NCBI GenBank assembly: GCA_040285855.1
Contig: JAUFOQ010000003.1
Coordinates: 992,001 to 1,056,000 of the forward strand
Length of the DNA stretch: 64,000 bases
Direction of reading: 5' to 3'
Source: Eukaryota sp. GEM-RC1
Lineage: Eukaryota
The position numbers were made by a program, and so were the translations under genes. How positions within the stretch are numbered: position 1 is the stretch's first letter; the number at the start of each line of letters is the position of its first letter. This document shows, in pieces, positions 24,600 through 37,050 of this stretch. The notes beneath the pieces were generated by a model. It ran no database searches and was not told the DNA's origin. It saw only the letters and a list, made by a program, of their open reading frames with translations.

Positions 24600-26107
24600 C
24601 ATTGTTTGCCATATACGTATGGACTCCCATACGTCCATACGCCCATACGCGTATGGCATTTTCTGTTTTTGCCATACGCATTTTGACTACAGTAAACTCT
24701 CTCTAATTGCAACCCCTGTAATTGAAAACTCTCTGAAATTGCAACAAAAACCCATGCCACCAAGTAAAACAATACCAAATTGAAAATTGGAAACAATTGC
24801 AACAGTTTTTGAGACCTAATTGAAACATTGAAGTCAACATTATGCTGTATTCTGGTTGTCGCATCTACAGCTAGCTGCCATATATTGATGTTAGTGTGGA
24901 GAAAGAGGAAGACGTTGTTGTGTTTCATAAATCCTACAGTAATCTTCTGGTTTTTCCCATCATCAACTTCAATATACCGTATACAGTCATCAACCAAAAG
25001 TCAAATACAAATGCATGCTCGTCAATATTTTGAAGATGATGAAAATACAGAAACTGTAACTGCAGAACCTTTCCTCAAAAAAGGAACTGAATCATTGTTT
25101 GACAATTTTCTCCAATCGTGTTGAAATACATTAGTTTAATGACTTCACTGCTCTAAATCAAGTGATGACAGATCCTCCAGTAGTGCAGGGGGGAAAAGAG
25201 GAAGAAACATTGGTTCATTTTTTTGTCACCCTTACGAAATATAAATGAAACACTTACTGTGTACCATTGTATAAAGAGTACCGTCGATAGTAAGTCAAAG
25301 TATTTTTAAAAAGCCGGATGATTAATTTGAGTCAAGATAATAACAATTGTTTAAGTCCGAGCATTCATGGTACATTGTAGTTGTATTGTGGATCAGACTT
25401 GTTAATTTGCTCTTGCAGACTAATTAATAACATATTTGATGTTCTGGAATAAATATGGATGTTTTATTTAGTTTAGGGTACCTTTATAGGGACTCTCTGT
25501 AATTGAAAACTCTCTGTAATTGAAACGAAACTCCATTCACCAAGTCGTTTCAATTAGAGAGAGTTTACTGTACATGTATCTTTATTTGAACTTCTTCGAC
25601 ACAGAGACTCTGTGACGTGGTTATAATTATGTAGATAAATATACTTTATTGAAAACCAAACCTCCACATCATCCATCTCATTGGAAAAATTATCACCATC
25701 AAAATACCATCTCTGCTTCCATTGCTGGATGTCTTTGATCTGAGTTCCATTGATTTGTATAGAAACCAGTTTTTGTGCGTTCCTTTATAAGTCTGTTTTT
25801 GTTCTTATCTCACTTTTTTTTAAAAATAGTTCTACAAAGTGAAAAAAGTCTGTTTCATCGTTTGTTGTGAATGAAACAATACGTACTCAAACTCTTTCAC
25901 TCGATTCTACAGAGCATACTTGTTCTACTAATTTGATGACAAATTGCAGTGTAGGAGATGGTATTTAAACATAATGAAGTTAAGTGATGTTGGAAAGATT
26001 CTGCTAGATATGACTTGATGGCCATTGTCAGCCATTCTGCCATTCTACATACGCCCATACGCCCATACGCGTATGGCAAATTTATTTTCGGTTATGGCGC
26101 AACACTG
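24600..26107 (-). mobile_element. Non-autonomous hAT transposon carrying a nested Tc1/pogo-type element
   Basis: Perfect 8-bp TSD GTCTAAAA; imperfect TIR CA(T/G)TGTT..GCCATA; CCATAC/GTATGG subterminal arrays at both ends; minus-strand relic PTLQFVIKLVEQVCSVESSERV/STYCFIHNKR*NRL (hAT dimerisation domain) at ~25845-25965. Confidence 0.92.
24690..25570. mobile_element. Tc1/mariner (pogo-like) non-autonomous element
   Basis: TIR CAGTAAACTCTCTCTAATTG(C/A)AAC flanked by TA on both sides; internal CTCTGTAATTGAAA repeats. Confidence 0.9.
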
Positions 26108-26316
26108 GTCTAAAAACACACAGTTTATTACCAAGTGTATGTACATGTACGACGCTGCTACAGCCTATACACATTTTGGCTTGTTCAGAAATATTTAAAA
26201 GAGAAGTTTTCAGAATAAACAGCTGCTTTCTATTTGCTAAGAAATTGCTTGATTGACAATCATTGAAGTCTGATCATTTTAGAAGTGGTTCAACAAATGA
26301 TTCCTTTTTATAGGAC

Positions 26317-26600
26317 TTGTGCATAACAGATAAGAACAAACAATCAATGATGGATCTGAAACATGTGGAACACGTTGAATATGAATTATGTCCTTTTGAT
26401 GTATCAAGTTACGGCCGTTTAAGAAAGAGTCCATTGATACTTTTAAAAGATTTCCAAAAAATCGTAAAAGAGAAGATGAACAAACGCATTAACAATAAAT
26501 TGTGGGTGAATCGTATAGTTTCTACAGTTTTTAAAACAATTCCCCTAATCATCTGCCAAGATTAAGTAGCAGTGAGTTCCTTCTAAGGGGATAAAGGTGT
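26317..26600 (+). mobile_element. Diverged CRE-like retrotransposon C-terminal fragment
   Basis: LCPFDVSSYGRL...LLKDFQKIVKEKMNKRINNKLWVNRIVSTVFKTIP resembles the C-terminus encoded at 40980-41160. Confidence 0.6.
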
Positions 26601-27155
26601 TGTTAAATTTCATAGGGATGTGTGTTTTTTAAGAATATCAAATTTTCGTTTCTGTCGTTAATTACAATTAACAATTACAAATACAGAGAAATTTATTGAC
26701 CATTACAAATTAAGTATATCATCAATATTGACAAAAGAGATACCATTACCTCTGCACCATCCTATTCATGTCTCGATTCAAAGAGATGGGGTGTATAATC
26801 ACTACAGTGAAATAGTTGCGTTTACGTTTACATTAATAATAGAACATACTAGACATCAACTACTAGTATAGTTTCTGAAATATGCTCCTCCTATTCTGCC
26901 CCATACATCTGTCTTAAAATCGGATAAGTACATTTGTTGATATGTATGTCACGAAACAGTGGAAACGTTGCCCGACTCAACCAAAAACTTTCATTGAATA
27001 TGTTGTCGTTTGTACTCATACTATAGCTCGAGCAATGTTGTTTCGCATACTGTTATTCTTGTCACAAGATCCTGAAATGGATAAATTGTTTGACCATCGA
27101 TTAACAAAATAGATTAGATTTTTAAAGATTCTTCCTGTACTTAGCCACGTAGGTT

Positions 27156-27728
27156 ATGAACGAAACTCCCCAACGACGAGATGACAGTAGTGTTTTCTTA
27201 GATTTAGACCAACTACAGTCACCTCCCATGTCAGGTTCTGTTGAGACTATACTGGCAGATATCAATAAAGGTATTCCTAGTACTGCACTGAGACATCGTA
27301 ACTCTCCTCTATCAAATATGCCGAAATCAGTATCACCACCTTCCTACTACTCTTCCCACCGCTCGTCGTCTTCTCCTACTCCTTCAGGACCAGATGTGAT
27401 CTCGAGGTTAGAGAGAATCGAATCTCTTGTGCTCAATCTTACTCAAACAATATCCCCTCACTTCCCCTCAACTACACATTCTGTCTGTCACTCAGATTCA
27501 AACCCCTTTTCATCACATGTCCCTTTAAATCGAGCCGCTTCACAATCCTCCAACATTGATGACGTCACCAACATCAATGAGACTGAGGAGAGACTCCAAA
27601 CTCTGTCAGAGAGAACGTTCACTCTGAAAAAGAAACTTTCAAATTTTGAACAACGACCTTCTACTTATGACAAGTTGGCTGATTTAGAAGAACGACTTTC
27701 AAGAATTGAGTCTTTGCTACGGAAATAA
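27156..27728 (+). CDS. Hypothetical Ser/Pro-rich protein with short coiled coils
   Basis: 190-aa ATG ORF, GC-richer than its flanks; repeated helix motif RLERIESL / RLSRIESL. Confidence 0.7.
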   Translation: MNETPQRRDDSSVFLDLDQLQSPPMSGSVETILADINKGIPSTALRHRNSPLSNMPKSVSPPSYYSSHRSSSSPTPSGPDVISRLERIESLVLNLTQTISPHFPSTTHSVCHSDSNPFSSHVPLNRAASQSSNIDDVTNINETEERLQTLSERTFTLKKKLSNFEQRPSTYDKLADLEERLSRIESLLRK

Positions 27729-28273
27729 CGGACTGTGTTGTGGTTTCAACTTTTTTTCAACGTCTTTTGTATGTATTGAGATCAATTTTTATTTAAATTT
27801 GTTATTAGAAAGTAAACAACATTGGTTTTTGCCACTCTAGGAAAAATCATGCTTCGTTTTCAAACAATCTCATTGAACGATGCTCGAGATTGTATGAATT
27901 TCCATTGTGACAAGCACCTAAACTCTATCAATCTCCAACATGAACAATTGGCTTACGTAATTGAACGAATTACATCACAGTGGATATATTTTAACAAAGA
28001 TTGATTGATTTTTTTAAATAATGTTGGTGATGTGATCACCAAAGACCAATTGTAGAATTAGCCCAATAAACAATCATTAATTAAAAGATTAATTGACTCT
28101 AGGACTTTCTAAATAACCACTTTGGATAATAGAGATCAACAGACACCTGCCAAATCCTAATTGGTTTTGACTCCTTAAACAGTTAATCTATCACAAACTT
28201 TGAAGTGTTCACAAAGCAACACTACGAGCAAGTTGTTTGGAATAATTGAAATTACAATGAATTTTAACAAACC

Positions 28274-29086
28274 TCAATCAAAGTCAATTTCAATCTCAGG
28301 AAGCATCTGCATTGAGAATCGCACAGAACTCATTGAAGCATTGATATAAAATACTTCTAAAACTCCTCTATTGTCAACTGCAAACCTTACACCGCAAAAA
28401 AGACTGGGCTTTGTAAGTGGAGTTGAAGTAGCTCTTTTAAATGATTGACCATTGTAGAAGTACTGGGAGGGCTCATTACAGACAATCACGATTTGATCAG
28501 GGGTGAATTCCCCATCATTTGAGCTCTGTTCCGACCGATTAAGCACGACTGTGAAACTTCCTTCAATTTCTAAAGTTTCAGAAGTAAACGAAAGTCTTGT
28601 ATTAAAGTTGGCGCCTAGATCACTGGTAGCAGTAGACATTATTCCGATACCAGTGATGAGCTTGATGTTGTTCTCGTTAGGTTGATATCCAACGTTGGAT
28701 AAAGGTTCACTGTCATAAGTGGTGACTAACCTAGCTCTGACTGTGTGAAAAGCGTCAGATACCTCTGTGATGAAGCAGGAAGTCAAATCCAGAAAAATGG
28801 AAATTCTAGAAGAAGTCCTATCAATTAAGCCATCAGTTAACTGGATCCAATTGTCGAGGTTTAAGCCGAATGTAACTGGAGTATCATCAACTACATAGCT
28901 TGAGAAGAAGTTGGACGGGAAAACAGCAGAACAGATAAAAGTAGAAGTAAATGTTTGGTAAACAGCAAAAGATTGCGACGTCACCTCAATATAACACATT
29001 GAACTACCCTTGCTCAAGTCAAAACACTTTAAAATTTCAGTGAAAAGATAGAACTGTTGAGGTAGAAAAGAAAGGCTAAAAGTCAT
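28274..29086 (-). CDS. RAD1: 9-1-1 checkpoint clamp subunit Rad1-like (PCNA fold)
   Basis: CSAVFPSNFFSSYVVDDTPVTFGLNL and VRFAVDNRGVLEVFYI resemble conserved Rad1 blocks; ~270 aa from the ATG at 29086. Confidence 0.65.
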   Translation of the reverse strand: MTFSLSFLPQQFYLFTEILKCFDLSKGSSMCYIEVTSQSFAVYQTFTSTFICSAVFPSNFFSSYVVDDTPVTFGLNLDNWIQLTDGLIDRTSSRISIFLDLTSCFITEVSDAFHTVRARLVTTYDSEPLSNVGYQPNENNIKLITGIGIMSTATSDLGANFNTRLSFTSETLEIEGSFTVVLNRSEQSSNDGEFTPDQIVIVCNEPSQYFYNGQSFKRATSTPLTKPSLFCGVRFAVDNRGVLEVFYINASMSSVRFSMQMLPEIEIDFD

Positions 29087-29166
29087 ACTTCGAGGAAGCA
29101 ATGTTTTGGTAATACGGGTTACAAAAGAGATCGCAAGACCAGAGTTTTGAGAGAAGTAGTAGAATG

Positions 29167-29184
29167 TTCCTTTTCCTTTTTCGT
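29167..29184 (+). promoter_or_regulatory. Polypyrimidine TCT/5'TOP-like element upstream of RPS6
   Basis: TTCCTTTTCCTTTTTCGT ends 9 nt before the ATG; nearly identical to the motif upstream of RPS27. Confidence 0.55.
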
Positions 29185-29193
29185 TCACGCAAA

Positions 29194-29934
29194 ATGAAAT
29201 TGAACATCGCCTTCCCCGCTACTGGCCGTCAGAAGACCATCACTATCGATGATCCCCGAAAACTGTAGGTTTCATTGCTTGTCCCTTATTGTAGCGCCGT
29301 TCTCATGGACAAGCGTATCTCTCAAGAAATTGAGGGAGAACATCTTGGTGATGAATTCAAGGGATATGTTTTCCGTATCACCGGAGGAAACGATAAGCAA
29401 GGTTTCTGTATGAAGCAAGGTGTCTTGACTGCCAACAGAGTTCGTCTTCTTCTTACCCAGGAGACTGTTGGTTTCCGTGGATTTGGACGTAGAGATGGTG
29501 AACGTAGACGCAAATCTGTTAGAGGATGTGTTGTCTCTTCTGAAATCGCCGTTCTCAACATGATCGTTGTCAAACGTGGACCCACCGAACTCCCCGGTTT
29601 GACTGAAGAACCTCTTCCCCTCCCTCTTGGTCCCAAGCGTGCTTCTAAGATTCGCAAGCTTTTCAATCTCACAAAGGACGACGATGTTTCCAAATATCGT
29701 ATTGCTCGTATCGTCCGTGTCAAGGGTGACAAGAAGAACGTCAAAGTACCTAAGATCCAACGTCTGGTTACCCCTGTTACTCTTCAACGTAAAAGGAGGC
29801 GCGCAGCCCTCATCGAACGTCGCAGAGCCATGAACAGTGCTATTAAGCAAGAGTATGATAACATGATGGCCCAACGTATGCGTGAGACTCGCGAACGTCG
29901 TGCTGAAGCTGTTCAAGCTCGTCGTGTCCAATAA
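29194..29934 (+). CDS. RPS6: 40S ribosomal protein eS6 (exons 29194-29264, 29295-29934)
   Basis: MKLNIAFPATGRQK...GGNDKQGFCMKQGV...GERRRKSVRGC...LGPKRASKIRKLFNL; 30-nt intron at 29265-29294. Confidence 0.98.
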
Positions 29935-30221
29935 ATTGTTTGTTGGCCTCGGTTGATTTTAGATATAGAACGGTATTCTCATTTTATTCCTCGTATAGTA
30001 ATAAATAGACACAAGCACTTCTTGACGTAGTGTACAGTCTATTCTTGATATGGTGTGTACTGTTCAGTAAAATAATTCACATGTCCAAGAAATTTCCCAG
30101 TAGACTTAATTCGTTTGGAAGAACATACAACTACACTCTTCACAACAGTTAGTCTGAATTCATATTTAGTCTGAATCAGACTAATTATTGTTTGATCACT
30201 TTAAGGATGTTCAAAAATTTT

Positions 30222-31655
30222 CTGTGAAATGGTATTAAACCATACTCTAATTAACCTAATACTAGCCCTGCCCTAATACTAGCCACGAAGGCTTAGGCTA
30301 GTAAAATATCTAATACTAGCCCCCATAGTGTTGTAGATTGTTAGCCCCAGAGTTGTAATTCTAGATTTAACTCTTATAAAGATTGAATTTTTTGATTCCA
30401 CGTCACGAACTCAAAAACGACTCAATTTTATTGGAGACTCAGTTCACTGTCACGAAAGGTTAAGTAGTATCTAGAATTGCGAAGAAATTTGAAGCATGCT
30501 TTTATACCACATCTTATTGTCAGACTAATGACACTTGTTGATTTAAACCATTCAAGAAAAACTTCCGAGAAATTGTTGAGATATACTTTCGTAGATTTCA
30601 CTGTCCAAAAACAAGGGGACATACTCTTCAGCGTCCAAAAGCCATGAAACTGGGTCAAATGATTAAGTCTGTGTACGAAAAAATTGATCTTGACTTGATC
30701 AAACATATTTTTGAATCAACTATCTTGTGTAGACCGCTATTTCACAGGTCATCGTTGTTGGATTTTTCGGGCTTACAATAAATTGATGGAAGGTCAACAA
30801 ATTGTGTTCCCAAGTGATGGGTCTGACAGAGAAGAACAACCTATAGATCTTTCAGATGAAGATGAGTATGTTTACTATGATTAACACAACGGTTTGGTTG
30901 TTTTGTAGTAAACAATCTCACTATAAAGATTGTTTTATTATATATTGATGATGTTTAAGGAAATTTACTAGCCTTCCCCTGATATTAGCCAAGACGAGGT
31001 AGGCTGGTAACGGTTTTGCACCATACTTTTCAATTACTGGGTTATTGGATCAGGAATTCCTACAATTACGATTACTACAGTAATTCCAGGAATTCTCAGA
31101 GTTACGATTACTTCTGGAATTTGTACAATTACCAGAGATTTTCTGAGAAAAAACGAACTTTCGAATCTGATTTCTATTCAAACGATTTCTGCAAAGTGAC
31201 AGAACAAACCATATGCATATGGAAATCCCTCTCAAGTATGTAGCACAAGTTCAAAATTTTGGTTCAGTACTTCGACTGCAAAATGGGTTATTTTTATACC
31301 CAAATACTCAATGTTGATAACACTTTTATGTTCAAGACAACATAACGGTAGATAAATGTTCTTGAAAAATGTACTTTCGATGTTGTTTCGTTCAAAAACG
31401 CAAATTGATGTAAAGTTTGTGTGAAGTGTCGGTGTCATACAGTCTTTTGTACTACCAGGGTAGCGCAAGTATTCAGAAACGTAGGCATGACCTTGACTTG
31501 ATCCATTTTGTTAAGTTTTGTCCTGGGAATTGAAGATATGTTTGTTTAAAGAAATACTTGAATTCCAGTAATTCTGGCGTCACAAAATTGACCTTCAGGA
31601 ATTCCTACAATTACGATTACTGGAGATTAGTAATTGAAAACTATGTATTGAACAG
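30222..31655 (+). mobile_element. pogo/Tigger-like deletion derivative (boundaries approximate)
   Basis: TACTAGCC arrays at both ends; relic TTSYCQTNDTC*FKPFKKNFR...LQRPK...IKSVYEKIDLDLIKHIFEST at ~30506-30730 resembles the pogo DDE C-terminal QPLD..FKPFK block. Confidence 0.75.
31022..31645. mobile_element. hAT-like non-autonomous element inserted in the right end of the pogo-like element
   Basis: TIR CATA(C/G)TTTTCAATTACT (16/17); degenerate 8-bp TSD TTTTGCAC/TATTGAAC; internal direct repeat TCAGGAATTCCTACAATTACGATTACT near both ends. Confidence 0.82.
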
Positions 31656-32045
31656 TCTAGGTCCATTTCTTTCATTTTTTTTCTAGACACTGTTTGAATT
31701 GACGTTTACAAACCTTGTCCCAAACTGTTCACACTTGCTTGAAGGACAATTCGGTCACTAATCAATTTTTTAAGAGACAATCTGATAGCAGACAAGTCCT
31801 GTGTCTGGATTTCTTCGCTCTGAACCTACCGTTGACGGTGCAAACAACGATAGTGGTGTTCAATGTAACATTTTTGAAGACATAACAACAATTTTTGGTC
31901 AAGAAGTTGCTTTTGTTTGAGATTATGGTCTTTTGTTTGAGATATTTTTGTTCAGACTAAATATGAATATTCATAATTACTCTGATTCAGACTAATTGTT
32001 GTGAAGAGTGTACTAATATTATTAGTACGTAACGAACTAGAATAT

Positions 32046-32147
32046 AAAAAAGGGGTTTAAGATCAATCAGTGAAATAAATGCATTTGCAGAAGTTAATAA
32101 CTAACAGACACTAACTAAAGCATCTAAAAATATTGTTCTAAGCTGTC
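32046..32147 (-). mobile_element. Short 3'-terminal copy of the CRE-like retrotransposon
   Basis: The reverse complement reads CTGCAAATGCATTTATTTCACTGATTGATCTTAAACCCCTTTTTT, matching 41239-41284. Confidence 0.8.
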
Positions 32148-33823
32148 ACACACACATTCTGGATTGCAGCAGCATTTATGCATTTCTTATGGAAAATGTT
32201 ATGCTCACCATAAAATACAGAAATGTGTTATGGATTCACCAGAAGCGTTAGTGTTTCTACAGTCTAGGTTTAACACTGTGATCATCACTGGGAACTGAAG
32301 GATAAAGAAAAGAAGCATGAATTTAGAAACAATTTCTAAAATTGGGAAACGACATGTGTAATTACAATGCTGTCAAAACAGACGTGTCGTATGATCCATG
32401 TAATAAACATTCATTTCACGTGTTCAAATCACTTACATATGAACTAAATGTCCTTAACAGTCAGTATCCTCAAAAACCAAATTTCATATTTGGAAATTAA
32501 ATATAAAGGCAACCTATATATATATTCACAAAACTGACTAAAAGCACAAAACACACACACGACAATTTTTGATGACGTTTGGAGTTTCCTTCCTCCTTCT
32601 CCTGTAATTATACTTTCCTTTGTCATTATAATGTCATCCAAGGCATAAAACTGTCAGTCCCAGAAGTCATCAGTAGCACAGTATTAAAGAAATTAGTTAA
32701 AATTTACTCAATAAATTTGGGCATCGATCGGAACAGAGAAGAAATCAACCAGAAGTTCAAGATGGATGTTCAAAAATAGGTGTTTAAGTAAGGATCTTGC
32801 TGATACACCTAGACAACCATTTAAAGAAAATGCAGATGACAACAATAAGTAGAGGGAGTGCTAAATCGTATCTAATGATTTATCATTACCCTTTCAAAGA
32901 GCACTTTTTGTATTAAATTTGGGAAAGTTGTTTGTTGTTTTCATTAAAAACAACAGTAGATGTGTTATTTGCAAGATTGAACCACCATAAATAGAGTGAA
33001 GTACATCATATGTTCAAGCGATGTCTTTAAACAAAACAGCCAAACTGGTTCCAAGACCAAACTATTTGACAGAACTTGCATATACTATATATATGATGCC
33101 TTACTGAGTCATTTAACCTTACATTCAATAGTATTGTTATGGTCACAATACAAATGTATTCTGGATAAAGTTATTTACTGGCCAGCAAACCACTAAATGC
33201 AATACATACTGTGTTGATGCTAACTCATCCTGACTTCACGTCAAAACTCCAATACAAAAACATTCGCAGATCATCTTGTATATTGGAACCCCCCCCTTCA
33301 CAGGTAAGGAATGTAAAGTAGCATATATCCACATCTTTGGAAAATGATCTCCGTCAGTCGTTGCAATTAAAACAAACAACACTGATGCTAATTGTTGAAG
33401 GAAAATATGGTTATAAACAAAAACAACAAGGACTTCATAACTATGCTAAAGCCTTTGGGTAACATGTAGACGAGAACACCATCAAATCCATCATTTGCCA
33501 TTGTCCAAATATCCGATATGTTTCACCATTGATTAAAGAATCGGAGTTCAAACAGGTGATCTGTTTCTGTTTTGTAGTGTTTGTTTGTAGATTAATCTCT
33601 TCATAAAGGGACCGACTTTACTCTAATATCTGCTTCATACAACAATAGCTCTTTCTGTTTAACATATAAATAATAATCACACTCAATGCACTTAAAGGAA
33701 CAAACAATACTACCTGCAGTACGTCAATTTATCTCTGTAGAGTGGTGCAAATATTGCAATATATTGCAATATACGATATGTATTTATTGCAACGGGTGAC
33801 AACATCAATATACAGTGTCACTA

Positions 33824-34495
33824 CAGGGATAGGAAAAAACTATATTGCAATAAATATTTCATAGCAAATGGGTTCCAATAAATATCAACTGAAAGCACAA
33901 TATTGCAATAAATATATTGCGTATCTGAAGTGATGTAATAAATATCTACAATATATTGCAATATAATGGTGGGCATAATGTACCATATTTGGTTGATTTG
34001 TCAGTGAATTTCAGTCCATAAAATGCATCTTTTAACGTTTATAACTATGATAAGGTTATCGTCTTCCGAAGTAACAAGAAATAAATGAAAGTTTATTGAA
34101 AAACAACAGCCTATTCGAAACTAGAAGAACAAGGGAGAGAGTTGACACTGGATCTTACGATGTTTGCTGTTCAATGAGTTCAGTTATAGAGTAGAAAGAG
34201 TTGCTTTTCTAGGGATTCGGCCGAAAGACGGGTTCTCAAACACCCAACAGTCAGTTTTGCTCTACTGAAGAGCCTCTGAAGAGCATCAGAAGTAGAAGGA
34301 ATGAAGGAGATCGATGTACTGGGATGTTGAAGGTACACGAAAGCTCATCATGTTATTTTACAATATATTGTAAATATATTGCTATATTGCAATATAAGGA
34401 GTTTGGTGCAATAAATATTGTATATTACCACAATACGTTTATTGCAATATTTAAACCGTACAATATATAATGCAATATATTTTTGGCCATCCCTG
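33824..34495 (-). mobile_element. Non-autonomous hAT transposon with ATATTGCAATAT subterminal arrays
   Basis: TIR CAGGGAT.G..AAAAA..ATATTGCA; relic IPSTSDALQRLFSRAKLTVGCLRTRLSAESLEKQLFLLYN (hAT dimerisation domain) at ~34180-34310; flanks GTGTCACTA/ATGGCACTA are only a degenerate TSD. A related end lies at ~33738-33795. Confidence 0.85.
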
Positions 34496-34721
34496 ATGGC
34501 ACTATTCATGACTACTGGTATAAATCATACATCATCTTACATTCTCGGTGCTAAAAAGCGATAAATGTTGTTTTGTGCTAGTGTTATTGTTCAGTATACA
34601 TTTTATTGTTAGCTCGAATAATGACCATATTGTTGCAAGAGTACTGGACAGTACATTAAATGCACAATGGATTCCAAACAACACACAGTCTAGGAAACAA
34701 GAAAATTCGGTCTTCTTCTCA

Positions 34722-37050
34722 ATGTCTTATCGTCGATCTTATGGACGAGGGCCTCCTTCAAAACGACGCAGAGCTGAAGAATATGACGACCCTTTCACGT
34801 CCATCGCCAAACGCCTTCTTAAACTTGGTGAATCTAAACAAGATCACCTTTCGGATCCTTTAATACATCAAGATTCAGCTTTCATTGTAAATACTCTTGG
34901 TACTGATCTTCAACTAATACCCCAAGTAGCTTCCGAACTTCTAGAAGCTATTCGAGGGTTCCCTTGAAATCTCCTCTCTATGCCCGTCTTGTAAACTACA
35001 TTGCATGTCTGCATGATCCGGGCCAACGTTTTGTATCTTCTGTTCTTGATACTCTTCACTCTCAAATTCAGTTCTCTCTAGATGGATGTCCTCCTGGAAT
35101 CCAATCCCTATCTTCCCTTCTTCGTTTTGTTGTCTGTTTATCGCTAGAATCCTTGATCCCTTCAGAAGACACCATCCTGCTCTTCTACAATATCTCTTTA
35201 GTAATCAAGAACGAGGAAGTTTCCTCTCCCACCGTGGTTTTCTTCTAGAAACCCTGCTATCCGTAATCCCGTGGGCTATACGTCTCTTCTACTCATCCCG
35301 ATCTCAAGAACATTTGAAGGACAATCTGTCCACCATCATTTCCCTCTTCCAAAGCCCTTCTTCCGATTCATCTCTCTCCTCTCTCTACGACTTCATCTCT
35401 TCCCAAGTCTCAGCCAATGGTCCTTTCATCAAACAAGAATCCAACCTCTCCTTAGTACATCTTCTTTCTTCCTCCCTCACCCCTCTCTTTGAGAACTTTG
35501 ACCAGGAGGACTCCGTCCCTGAACTTCTGCACTTCATTTACACCCTGGAACCTCAAACTAAAGACTCTGTTCCCCCATCTTCCCTTGCCACGCAACCTTT
35601 CTCCACCATTTTAGTACCAGTTACTCCTAAGGTCTTCACTCCGGTCTCTTGCAGTTTCTACTTCTCAAAAGAGGAAAGTTATCAATCACTGCCCATCATC
35701 ATCACGTCGATTCTGATTGAAGAATCGTCATGGGCATGGCGTGAACAACCTGGCAAGTTCGTCTCAATCATAAAAGATCAAGGAGTTACATCACCTTCCC
35801 TTGAGCCTAAAGAATACCATCACGCGATCATCCAACATTGCTTCTCCACTCTTCTCTCTCGTCGCCATCCTCGTTCTCTTCACTACCTTCACTACTTCTT
35901 CATGCTCTCTGGTCTATCGCGGTCTGTTCAGAGATTCGCTGCTTCTCTAGGTCCAATCATGGCTCACTTTGTCTTCTCTGCTCATCTACTTTCCTCTCAC
36001 TGCTTCAATACCTTCTCAGACTGGTTCTCCCAACATCTCTCCAACTTCGCTTGGACCTTCCCCTGGCACTGCTTCGCTCCTCTTCTTGACGAACCTCCTT
36101 GTTCTCCAGGAAAGATTCTAATTGGTAACATTATGGATAAGTGTGTTCAGCTATCTTATCGTGGACGACTATCAAAAGAACTACCAACCGAGTGGAAGTT
36201 CGTTCTTCCAATGTACGTACCACCTTTCTCTGACTGTGGTAAAGAGCCGGTATCTGAAGGGTTTTCTAATCCAATTGGAGCTGAATCTCATGAACATCAT
36301 GGACTTTATGTCACGGTGTTTAACAAACTGATTGAAAGAGATGATCCTACTGTCTGGGTAGAGCTCACGGGTGACGTGACTGCTGATATGAGGGTCGCAA
36401 TCAGTTTGTATGCTGTTGTGACGGCAGGAATACCATCTATTTCGTTCGCTGCAATGTATACTACCGTTTATTTAACTGCTTTAAAAGAGAAAATGGATTT
36501 AGAACCTTTTGAAAGTTTAATAATTGCTATTGTGATTGATTTCTGGAAAGTTGTCCCTCAACGATGTATTATAACCCTCAATCATTTACTAAAATTAGAA
36601 ATCATATCAATCAAATCAATTTTGAGCTACCTACTTCCTTCTGAGCCTCATTCTGATAGTTCTGAGCTCTTCTCCACAATCAAACGTCATGCTCTCTTAT
36701 TTCCCTCTACTATTCACTCTACAACTTTGTACTGTGAACTCTGGCAGGGGATTTTGTCAATGTTGGAACTAGTTAGAGATGTTGACGCTGTCGATGGTCC
36801 CCTGGATTACATTGCTGTAGCTGTCAAATCGACTGTCTCTATTTGTGATGACGTGATGAAGGATGCGGATGGTGAAGGCGAGTTTCATGATGAAGCTAGA
36901 AAGTGTAAAGAAGCGGGATCACTGTCGTTTTGGAGAGATTTTACAATGCATATGTTTGCAGATTTACTAGATAGGTATGGTGGTGATCGTGTTGACGTGC
37001 TTAGAAGCTTGTGTGGGTTTGAAAAGGAGTTGGAGCAATTGGTGGTGTAG
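34722..37050 (+). CDS. NCBP1: Nuclear cap-binding protein subunit 1 (CBP80)
   Basis: N-terminal NLS SKRRR, RLLKLGE, FP-LKSPLYARLV, FSDWFSQHLSNFAWTFPW, KCVQLSYRGRL. Frameshifts at C3 34961-63 and C3 35228-30. Confidence 0.9.

Larger units (their letters stand above)
30134..32010. mobile_element. Tc1/mariner-type non-autonomous element, outermost of a triple nest
   Basis: 26-bp TIR CACTCTTCACAACA(G/A)TTAGTCTGAAT with one mismatch; TA on both flanks. Confidence 0.9.

Noticed and set aside
29272..29931. Long antisense ORFs over RPS6, and similar shadows over other genes
   Set aside because: Expected by-product of codon bias on the sense strand; no recognisable motifs.
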